This document shows positions 54,885-64,000 of a stretch of 64,000 nucleotides of DNA, in pieces. The stretch is taken from contig JAHLTZ010000011.1 in NCBI GenBank assembly GCA_025786725.1, positions 684,693 to 748,692 of the forward strand, written 5' to 3'. Source of the stretch: Syncephalis fuscata S228 (lineage: Eukaryota; Fungi; Zoopagomycota). The notes beneath the pieces were generated by a model, which did no database searches, was not told the origin of the DNA, and worked only from the letters and a program-made list of their open reading frames with translations. Position numbers and translations under genes: made by a program. The first letter of the stretch is position 1. Each line of letters starts with the position of its first letter.

Positions 54885-56047
54885 GTATTCAAAGGACAAA
54901 AACGCATGATGTGGCCATATTGGCGACAGCGGAAACAGCCGCCGTTTTGTCGTAACGTTTCGCGTTCAGCATCAGTGAGTGGGGGTAACCGATTAATGGT
55001 GTCTAGTTCCATTGGTATAGGGCCATTTCTTGGTTGTGTGTTAATCGGAGGGCGAAACTGTTGTTGTTGCGTTGGACGAGGTGTGTTATGGCGAACGTTG
55101 TTAGTTGATGATTTGCCAATGTACTTGCGTAACGAATCAAAATGAGTAGCCACTTCTATGGCTGATTGTAATGTAGACGGTGTAGCTTTTTGTACTTCGT
55201 ATTTAACTTCGTGATTCAGTCCATTAATAAACATAATACGTAAAGCTAACTGCCACATTTCGGAATCAGGCATAGGAAAAGTGTGCCTTAAATTGTTAAA
55301 TTCTAACGTATAATCATTGACACTTTTGTTGGCTTGTCGTAACATGTGAAGACGACTAAAAGCGTCTTCTTCTACCGAAGTACCGGGACAGATGTGTTGG
55401 CGTAGTGCGTGAGCAAACGCACTCCAAGTGGTATATGGATGACTATAGTCACCGTCAGAGTGAATAGTATTACTCTGCCACCAACTAGAGGCAGTGCCAT
55501 CTAAATAAGTGGCGGCTACTTCGATGCGTTCAATTTCATCAGGGATATACCTGACATATTGCCGTGCACGGTACAACCAAGTCTCTACTGAAATATCCTT
55601 ATCATTGCCGTTGTATCGTGGCGGGGCAGATGGACGAGCAGTAGGAGGGGCAGTGACAGAAGTAGATGGAATAGCGGCAATAGCAGCGGCAGTATTGGCA
55701 GCGGCAGTAACAACAGCATCGGCAGTAGCAGCATTATTTTGGGACACAATTTGCGTTACCAAACTTGAAATAAAGTCAGCGTTGGTAACGAAACTTGTGT
55801 TAGGCAATTCTGGGTTCATAATGGGTGTTATTTCTTCTTGAGTATCAGTAGTGTATTCGTTCGTGTGGCTTGTGATCGGTGGTTCGTACTGGGTATCGGT
55901 GTATTCGTTCGTGTGGCTTGTGATCGGTGGTTCGTACTGGTTATCTGGGTATCGAAAGGTTACTGGTGGATCTTGGATGAGTTCGTCGGCGAAAGATTGA
56001 CGGGCTTGTTCGTGGTCGAAGTATTTCGCACCACGTCGTTGGTTCAT
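54863..56047 (-). CDS. gag: Element C Gag
   Basis: PMELD and CFRCRQYGHIMRFC knuckle; 45-bp tandem duplication (QYEPPITSHTNEYT x2). Confidence 0.92.
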   Translation of the reverse strand: MNQRRGAKYFDHEQARQSFADELIQDPPVTFRYPDNQYEPPITSHTNEYTDTQYEPPITSHTNEYTTDTQEEITPIMNPELPNTSFVTNADFISSLVTQIVSQNNAATADAVVTAAANTAAAIAAIPSTSVTAPPTARPSAPPRYNGNDKDISVETWLYRARQYVRYIPDEIERIEVAATYLDGTASSWWQSNTIHSDGDYSHPYTTWSAFAHALRQHICPGTSVEEDAFSRLHMLRQANKSVNDYTLEFNNLRHTFPMPDSEMWQLALRIMFINGLNHEVKYEVQKATPSTLQSAIEVATHFDSLRKYIGKSSTNNVRHNTPRPTQQQQFRPPINTQPRNGPIPMELDTINRLPPLTDAERETLRQNGGCFRCRQYGHIMRFCPLNTGKVQHQ

Positions 56048-56084
56048 ATCACTGTAAGTCAAGGCAACGAGGTGGATAGGTTTA

Positions 56085-56102
56085 AACTACCCGTTGCTAC
56101 CA
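56085..56102 (-). promoter_or_regulatory. Primer-binding site of element C (tRNA-iMet type)
   Basis: TGGTAGCAACGGGTAGTT, 2 nt inside the 5' LTR. Confidence 0.85.
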
Positions 56103-56104
56103 TA

Positions 56105-56442
56105 TGTAACCGTAGATACAGCGAACTGTTGCGGTTACTACGAGTCACAATACAATAATGTATATAAAATAAAAATGAATATTGAAAGTGAACTAATGTC
56201 TTTATTTGTGGTCATAATCATACGCGTATTTATATTGTTCTATTGGATATATGGAATATCTAAGTAGAACAATAAAAGAAAATAAAATAAAAATAAAAGA
56301 AAATAAAAGATAAAGATAAAACAATACGCGGTGGCGGAGTGTTAACTTCATCGTGGACCATGTGTGATGATCGGTGTGTTTAAACACCGATCATAATGTC
56401 TAAAAATGGTAATAATAAATGAGAGGGAGAATTTTTGTTACA
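56105..56442 (-). repeat. 5' LTR of element C
   Basis: Direct repeat of 50879-51216, followed by the PBS. Confidence 0.95.
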
Positions 56443-58176
56443 ATAATCTTTCGCTGCCTGTAATATACGTGACATAAATGCAACAGGATGTTCATTATTA
56501 TCGGTTATTTGTGATAATACTGCACCAATTGCATAATCAGATGCATCTGTAGTAACGATAAATGGTGCATTAACATTTGGTATAACCAATACCGGTGCTG
56601 TAACTATCGCATTACGTAGTGTGTCAAATGCTGTTATTTTGATTATCTCCCATGTGAATGGCTCATCATTCTTAGTCAATTGACTTAAATGCCGTGCAGT
56701 ATCAGCATATCCACGAATAAACCGTCTATAATAGCCAGTTAATCCGAGGAAAGAGCGCAGTTCTTTCAGATTGTTTGGTATAGGCCAATTTGCAATAGCC
56801 ATTACTTTATCGTGTAGTGGTCTTATACCCTCGCCACTAACAATATGTCCCAAAAATTCCACCTCATCTTTACCAAATTCACATTTGCTTAATTTGGCAT
56901 ATAATTTGTTTTCTCTTAGTAATTGTAACACTTGCCGTAAGTGCCACTCATGTTCGGTATGATTTTTACTAAATATTAAAATATCATCCAAAAATACCAC
57001 TACACACTTGTCTAGTAATTTATGAAATACATTATGCATTAATCGCATAAATACTGACGGTGCATTAGTCAATCCAAATCCCATCACCGTCCACTCATAA
57101 TGCCCATAGCGCGTTCTAAACGCTGTTTTGTGAATATCATCCTCATTTACTCTTATTTGATGATATCCACTTCTCAAATCTATTTTTGAGAATACTTTCG
57201 CCCCATGTAACTGATCGAATAATTCATCGATCAGTGGCAACGCATAACGATCACGAATTGTTTGTGCGTTTAACATTCTGTAATCCACACACATACGTAA
57301 ATCACCTCCTTTCTTCCGCACAAATAGTACAGGTGCACCAAATGGTGATGTACTAGGCCTAATAAAGCCTTTTTCTAACAAATCATCGATCTGTTTCTTC
57401 AACTCGTCTAACTCTTTCTTTGCCAGATGGTATGTAGGCCGAAATGGTGGCTGCTGATGTGGCACCAAATTGATACGTATATCAATGTCTCTTTTTGGTG
57501 GTAAACCAGGTGGTAATTCTTCTGGTCCAACATCGGCAAATTCACCCAACAATCGCGCGTAACGGCCATTTAACGATGTATCATTTTTTTCTTTGTTTTC
57601 TTTTATCATCGCTAATAAAATCATATCATTGGCTTCTGTTTGCTCGACTTCTTCTATTGACATGAATGAAGGCTGAATTTTGTCGGTAATTTCTAATGTA
57701 CTTTTGGGTGCTGAATTACAATTAGAATTAATAACACCGGTCTTCCAATCTACTTGCGCTTCATGTTTTCTTAGCCATGGCATACCCAGCACTGCATTAT
57801 AGTTGCCCAATTTCATAATAGTAAAATCAATTTGTTCTTTCAGATAATTGAAAATAATAGGCACTTTATTAGCAGTACCAGATACACCGCACTCCATACC
57901 ATTTCCCAACTTTACATTGGCTGAATTTGCTTGTTTCGTAACATGTACTTGAGCCCTCTTGGCAAATTCAATATCCATAAAGTTGGTGGATGCACCAGAA
58001 TCGATTAATACATGGGCTGGAACACCATTGATTTTGAGTGCTACTGTAATTAAACCGGAGCTAGCGCGACCTTGAATGAGTGTAGACTGCTCAAATCCGG
58101 GTGGTATCGGAGTATTAGCGGCAACCTGGCCGTCAGTAAGTGTGCCGCACTTAATTACTGACGGTTGTCGTTTCCC
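56443..58176 (-). CDS. pol: Element B Pol, 5' part (PR-RT-start of RNase H)
   Basis: -1 frame from G GGA AAC through LIDSGA, FLDD, TTDAS up to the element C insertion. Confidence 0.92.
58118..58176 (-). promoter_or_regulatory. -1 ribosomal frameshift signal of element B
   Basis: G GGA AAC heptamer, 5-nt spacer, stem CCGTCAGTAA/TTACTGACGG, loop GCGGCA complementary to downstream TGCCGC. Confidence 0.85.
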
Positions 58177-59018
58177 TGAATTACGTTGTTGTTTGCTTGG
58201 ACGTCGACATTTGTTGATTGTAAATCTAAGCTGTTAGATTGCTGTTGATTGTTGTTATCGCGGTTATTGTAATTACGGTTGTTATTGCGATTACAATTTC
58301 TGGCTAGATGGCCACGTTTGTTACATGTGTAACATCTAGGCCCGTTATTGTAATTTTTACGGTTATTGTAATTACTGCTGTTGCTATTATTAATAAAACC
58401 TAAACTATTTAAAGCTTGGACTATAGTATCTAAATCCATTGGTGTTGGGCCGTTATTAGATTTAGTTGGTGGTGGTATTAAGTGTTGTAATCCATGTTTC
58501 CTTGAGTAATAGAAAGCACGTGTGGAAGCGTAAGCTTCGTTGATATTGGTGGGTTTATTATGTATCGAATCGGTTAAGTATTCCGGCGGCAATGTAAGTC
58601 GAAATGCCGTAACCAATTCCATGTCAGCGGCATCTGGAATTCGACTACGCAGTGCTGTGAAATTTGTAATATGTTCTTCAATGTCTTTATCTTCTGTCCA
58701 GCGCAATCGTGTGAGTTCCAAACGCGCGATGTCCGCTGATCGATTGCCACCAAAACGTTCTAAAATTCCGTCCCTTAGTTGTTCCCACGTGCTATATGGC
58801 GTATTACCGCCGCGTATCGATTGATACCAAACTGCCGCTGGTCCCGATAGTTGTTGGGACGCCATTATACGTTTTTGTTCGTCTGTAAATGTACCCAATT
58901 CCCATGCGTCTTCTACCATGTTACACCAATGTTCCACAGGCAAACTGGAATCACCGGTGAACTTTTCGGTGTGTGTGAGTGGTGAGCGGGAATTCGGTGA
59001 GAATAAAATCGGTCTCAA
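58155..59018 (-). CDS. gag: Element B Gag (start codon unclear)
   Basis: PMDLD and [14 protein letters not shown] knuckle. Confidence 0.88.
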   Translation of the reverse strand: MRPILFSPNSRSPLTHTEKFTGDSSLPVEHWCNMVEDAWELGTFTDEQKRIMASQQLSGPAAVWYQSIRGGNTPYSTWEQLRDGILERFGGNRSADIARLELTRLRWTEDKDIEEHITNFTALRSRIPDAADMELVTAFRLTLPPEYLTDSIHNKPTNINEAYASTRAFYYSRKHGLQHLIPPPTKSNNGPTPMDLDTIVQALNSLGFINNSNSSNYNNRKNYNNGPRCYTCNKRGHLARNCNRNNNRNYNNRDNNNQQQSNSLDLQSTNVDVQANNNVIQGNDNRQ

Positions 59019-59111
59019 CGTGTACTATATACTGAATCGTAATTTTAAAACAGCGGTGCTTATTTTCAAACACTGATAAGCAAAAATAAAATAAAATTGA
59101 AAAGAGGACAA

Positions 59112-59286
59112 TGCGACAAACGCGATATACGGTGCGACAAACGCAAAATAACGGTGCGACAAACGCAAAATAAACGGTGCGACAAACGCAAAAATAAACG
59201 GTGCGACAAACGCAAAAATAACGGTGCGACAAACGCAAAATAAACGGTGCGACAAACGCAAAAATAACGGTGCGACAAACGCAAAT
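59112..59286. repeat. ~23-25-bp tandem repeat (AAATAACGGTGCGACAAACGCA) x ~7-8 in the leader of element B
   Basis: Directly visible; units differ mainly in A-run length. Confidence 0.92.
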
Positions 59287-59292
59287 ACTAGT

Positions 59293-59310
59293 AACTACCC
59301 GTTGCTACCA
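59293..59310 (-). promoter_or_regulatory. Primer-binding site of element B (tRNA-iMet type)
   Basis: Same 18-mer as in element C. Confidence 0.85.
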
Positions 59311-59311
59311 A

Positions 59312-59482
59312 TGTAACAACCGTAAAATAGGATATAATGGAATAAAGATTATCTTTTATTAAACAGAAATTGTGTGTTATTTATAAGCTTTGCGGAGCTT
59401 TAATTTAAGGTGTTGTGGGAAAATAATTGCATAATATTTAAATTATACAATTATTTCCCGTAACGAATATAATATCGTTACA
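59312..59482 (-). repeat. 5' LTR of element B
   Basis: Direct repeat of 48904-49074. Confidence 0.95.
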
Positions 59483-59660
59483 GGATGTTATTTCTTTTTG
59501 TGACAGTAGTATTCGTTGGTGAAACTTGTGATCGGTTGTTCGTAATGGGTATTGGTGTGTTGAGAAATCACTGGTAGATCTTGGATGAGTTTGTCAGCAA
59601 AAGCGGGGCTTGTTCGTGGTTAAAGTATTTAGCACCACGACGTTGATTCATATCTGTTGT
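59483..59660 (-). pseudogene. Decayed relative of the gag 5' segment of element C
   Basis: Aligns by eye with 55823-56052 (GATCTTGGATGAGTT, GGGCTTGTTCGTGGT, GCACCACG.CGTTG.TTCATATC). Confidence 0.7.
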
Positions 59661-60329
59661 AGTAAACAGTTGGTTCAATAGGAAACAATTGGATATGAGA
59701 TAAATGGATAATGATTTTGTTTATGTAGTAAATTGTTGCTGTATTTATAGCAATGTAAGTGTATGTAGAAAATACTCGTTTCATTGTAATGGAATGTTGT
59801 CGAATGTTTATTGATGTCATAGGACATCAAAAACATTGGGAAATCTAGATTTCATATTTTGCTTACTATATTTAGTAATTATGATCGGGAAGATCAGGGT
59901 GACGTAATAATCCCAAATGTCATAAATGCTGAGTTGTGAATCTAAAAATAGAATTTTAACAAAAATAAAGTAGCTGATAATGCCTATTAAAAATACTAAA
60001 TTATGTGCTCTTTTATAGTAAAATGAGCTAAGATTAAGAGGTATTTGTAAAGAAAGAACTTGTTTGTTCCTTCCTTTTAATATTGTATATGGGTATTAAG
60101 TTACTTAAAGTAAATTAGTACCCATGTTCTGTACTTAATATGTTAGTTGGGGGTACTAGCCGCGTGTTAAGTAAAAGCTACACAAATGTTGTACCTGACT
60201 AGATCACGTGACTAGATGCCAAATTAATTATAATTACCATATTTGGTAATAGATAAATAATTCAATCATGTGATCAAATTATTATTATTAGTGCCTTCGT
60301 AACAATGTGATGGTGGCGTCCACGTCATT

Positions 60330-61900
60330 TTGAACCACAGCGATAGCATATGTGGGGTATAGATTTTTTGCCGTTGTTTTTGGTGCTATACCAAAGACCA
60401 ATTCGAATGGCGAATAACCAATAGTGTCTTGTCTTCGACTGTTATATTGGTGGGTGATTTGCGGTAGTAATCGATACCAATGTGTCGTGGATGGTCGATC
60501 GGTGGCATATTTAGCTAATAGTTCTTTGAGTTTACGATTTGTGCGTTCAACTAGTCCATTAGTTTGAGGGTGATATGGGCTAGATTATGCGTGTGTAATG
60601 TCGTGTTTTTCTAGCAATTTTTTTACTGATCCAGTAAATTCTTTACCATGATCTGTAAGTATTTCAGACGGAATACTGTGACGATTCAAAATTTCTCTTC
60701 AATAAACTGAGCAACTCTAGCAGCTGTATTGGCTCCGATAGCTCTAGTTTTAATCCATTTGGTCAGATAATCGATAGCAACAACAATGTATCGTTTGTTG
60801 GTTGAACTACGAGGTAGTGTAATTAAATCAATACCGAACCGGTGAAATGGTGCAATAATGGGTATTGGTTTTAATGATTGTACGTGTCGTATTTGCGTCC
60901 TTAATTGGCAGTTACAACAGCCTCGAATATATGCTTGTATATCGCTGTCCATTTATGTCCAAAAATAACGGCGTTTAATTAATTCACACGTACTATGATT
61001 GGCAAAGTGTCCTGCTTCATCATGGTGTAGTTGTAATAGTGTAACTAATATTGTCGCACTTTTAACACTTGGTTTATCGTAACAAGAAAGTTGTTATCAT
61101 TTTACTTGTTACGCAAACGCTACATGTTACAATTATAATCATACATTAATTGTTTTTTGTATGGTTATAATTCTATTATTTCGTACTAATTATTAAATGT
61201 AAGCTTAGTCTAACAATCACTGCTAGACTGAGATAATCAGAAAAGACTCTAAATTCAGTAATAAAGAGAATAAATTTAAAGTAAAAAATACTTGTACCAT
61301 TTTGTCGCGATCTGTCCATTCATGTCTTCTAGCATCTCGTTCAAATTGTATTAGCCATAAAATTGGATATTCGTTCTGTACTGTTCCTTCAAATGGCAAA
61401 ATGTTACTGCCTACTTTTAGCGTAATTTGATAATTTGATATTAGCGCGTGATAATCGTATTCTTAATTATTAAATATTGCTGGTACTTATTGGCAAGTAT
61501 ATTCCTTTTTTTTACTGAAATGATGGCAAATTAATATGTTGATTTAGTGGTGGTTGACTATTGGCGTTTAATACACTTCTTGGGTCGGGAAGTATAAGCT
61601 GTGTGTTAGCGGTTGGTCTTAAACCGTAATCTCTATTAAAACTAGTAGTCGACTGTTTCTCTTTCCTACTTTTAATAATAAAATACAGTTGTTTATCTAC
61701 TTTAATAAATAGTGATTCTTTTATCTTTTGTTCCATTCCGTCTGCTACCATGTCCTTAATTCCATCTCTACCTAAGTCTACTGCCATTTGACCTAAAAAA
61801 TGGGCTAGTGATAATACAAATCGTTTCATATCTGTCTGGTCACCTTTTCGCGCATGGATGCGATTATAGAACTCCATGCTAATATTGATTTGTCTAGGCT
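60330..61900 (-). mobile_element. Degenerate Ty3/Gypsy relic (integrase fragment ~60330-61030; possible gag fragment 61512-61877)
   Basis: GHF..H...YFW/CCNCQ, GIDL, AIDYLTKW, TDHGKEF, YHPQTNGLVERTN, GYSPFEL, with frameshifts and stops. Confidence 0.75.
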
Positions 61901-63268
61901 GCCTGTGCAGTTCATATTTTGTATGAATAATAGTATTCTGCCGCGTAGTGATTCTAACTCTTTTGGGACGTCTTTTATGAAAGCTGAATTATATACTTCT
62001 TCGGTGTTATCGTCAGTTAGTTGACTAACAATAAGTTAAGTGTATTTTATATTTTTGCATTGTCTCGTGTTTGGATGGTCCAAGCGGTGGCCTTTTTAAC
62101 GCGTCTTTAGTTGGACCATCCATTGTACCATATCTTGTTCTTTTAGTACCAAGAGATCTTTCGGGATTGATAGAATTGTTTTACTAGTCTGAGTGGGCTT
62201 GCTAAATGTTATTATTCTATCCCTGGTAGAATAGTAACATCATGTAACTATTGGTATCGAAAAGTGTATTTTCAATAATCTAATGGTATTAATTACGTAT
62301 TTTATGTTATCATATGTGATCTAATTTTTATCTTTGTTCTTTCCATATCAACCAAACTAGATGTTTATAGAGTACATTAATATAATAATAATAATAATAA
62401 TGCATTTTTCGCCCCTGAATTTCATTTCATGTCAATAGTAATATCAGTCAAAAACAAACATGCAAAATTTAAATAACAATGATATAATAGAGCGACGGAT
62501 AATAGTTTATTGCAATATAGGCAATGTATATATTTATATTAAGCATGAGCTACACAAATATTATATATATATTATGCCAAGCAATCTCTAAAAGCTTCAT
62601 ATCTTTGGCTCTATATTTAGATTGCAACTACATTACCTGTTATTGCGTAATCTCACGTGCTTTAATTATTTACATTATTAGTACCCTGTTAGCTATTTAT
62701 TACTTAAATAGTCAGCTATGTATGATACTCGTATAGTTTTTATATTGTTCTAAACAAGGCAACTAATTAATAATAAACATTAATATAGTAGAATTCAATA
62801 ATTTATTAAAAATAACAAACTATGCGTGTATCTATATATAGTAAATGATACACAAATGTCTGTTTATGTATATGCTAAGCAATTTCCAAAGCATAAAACT
62901 CTTGATTATAAATGATAACCTATGTGTCTTTAAGGCAAGAACTAACATTATAATTAATTTTTAAACTTCAAATAATAAACAATAGAATTTTGAAGTATCA
63001 AAATAGTAATGGCTTTTTCAAATCAATAAATCGTAAATACACAGAATTGATGTGTAATTTGCATATTAATTTGTTTTTAATACATCAGCTTATCATAATG
63101 AATTGTGATTTGGCCAAGTAATTTACCGCAATTTATATAAACTCAAATTGTATTTAACACAACAAATATTTAATTGCTGAATATATACTAAATATAGCTA
63201 TTTACGATTACACAATAGTTATGTGTGACTTAGTCATGGTTTACTGCATTTTAAAGATATCAGTAATT

Positions 63269-64000
63269 TTAGATAACTTTTAATTTATAATTTATTGACA
63301 TCAAGTAAAATTCATAAAGGCAGTGATGCCATAGCTTTTTTAATTTAGAAATATATATAGTTACTAACAGGTATAAGCCGACTAGAATAGCTTGTTGAGT
63401 TTCATTTATATGGATATCAGCACTGCGGATATTGTTTGGATCATTCATTGCTGAGGTGTCGGAGTCATTATTTATAGGTTTTTTTGTAACGTAATTCACA
63501 GTATCGTTGATGTAATATACCTAGAAAATGTTAGCTTGTATAAGTCGCATGAATACTTGCCAGTCAACGGTATAAAATATTCTTGAGAATCTCCTCCAAC
63601 CTCGAAAACAATAATAAGGCAACAGATTACATTGCAGAGAACTATCAGGCACATTATCTGAATACCATCACGGGCCAGTTTCCTCCATGCTTCATAGCCA
63701 TATCTTTGATAGCGTCTATAGGCTACAGTGCTAAAAATGATTGAAAAAAGTATGTTGCTTGGAACCATTGTGCCGATCCAGTAGAATGGGATAAAGAGAT
63801 GATAGTAAGAAAGCATCCGGCAGATTTTCCAATACAATGTGTGAGTAGTTGTATACAATATAAATAAAGAAAAGCTGTGGCAGAATGCAAATGGTGCCAC
63901 AAATGGCTACCCAGCGTTGCGATAACAGCACAAGGTAGGCTTTGTAAAGTACAATATGCTGTTGCAAAAGATTGAAAAGCTTACTGCCGCTACAATATAC
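63269..64000 (-). CDS. Multi-pass (7TM-like) membrane protein, 5' end outside the window, several frameshifts
   Basis: LYKAYLVL..QRW, FSTVAYRRYQRYGYEAWRKLARDGIQIMCLIVLCNVIC, DW|YITSTIL across a GC-AG intron (63521-63560). Resembles a Zoopagales-expanded family (recall only). Confidence 0.65.

Larger units (their letters stand above)
50879..56442 (-). mobile_element. Full-length chromovirus element C (5564 bp) with 5-bp TSD ATAAT
   Basis: 338-bp LTRs 50879-51216 and 56105-56442 (no difference seen); TSD 50874-50878/56443-56447; PBS 56085-56102; PPT next to 51217. Confidence 0.97.
48904..59482 (-). mobile_element. Chromovirus (Ty3/Gypsy) element B, interrupted in RNase H by element C
   Basis: 171-bp LTRs 48904-49074 and 59312-59482 (TGTAAC...GTTACA, no difference seen); PBS 59293-59310; PPT at 49075-49086; gag, LIDSGA, FLDD, integrase, GPF motif, chromodomain. 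Confidence 0.96.

Noticed and set aside
50976-56387. Two identical 61-aa ORFs (50976-51161, 56202-56387)
   Set aside because: Both lie inside the two LTRs of element C.
59112-59286. CRISPR-like array and the MRLSHR.. ORFs
   Set aside because: Spacer-less tandem repeat in a retrotransposon leader; the ORFs are repeat artefacts.

Overview
AT-rich, intron-dense eukaryotic DNA from an early-diverging fungus (short GT-AG introns with CTAAC branch points; the terminal membrane-protein gene resembles a family I recall as expanded in Syncephalis/Zoopagales, which is inference). Left to right: a degenerate repeat region with nested 24/25-bp inverted repeats and a 26-bp minisatellite; a small secreted Ser/Pro-rich protein; three class-3 lipase paralogues; MSH6 (~28 introns, including a U12-type AT-AC intron); a probably inactive alpha/beta hydrolase; a PFK-2/FBPase-2; a DUF4203-like membrane protein; a 1.3-kb cassette holding two back-to-back Fanzor/TnpB-like C-terminal relics that each end in a hairpin plus the shared terminus TAGGA(C/G)TCAAAGT (absent from the ORF track; best candidate for an undescribed system); mitochondrial SSB; a SET protein; TMEM135-like; DHHC palmitoyltransferase; ZIP transporter; STE24; a triple-repeat surface protein; and a nest of Ty3/Gypsy retrotransposons (44.2-62 kb). 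Two of these are chromoviruses with the same tRNA-iMet primer site and structurally parallel -1 frameshift pseudoknots. Many genes carry single-base losses in homopolymers, most likely assembly errors. All calls were made by eye with no database searches.
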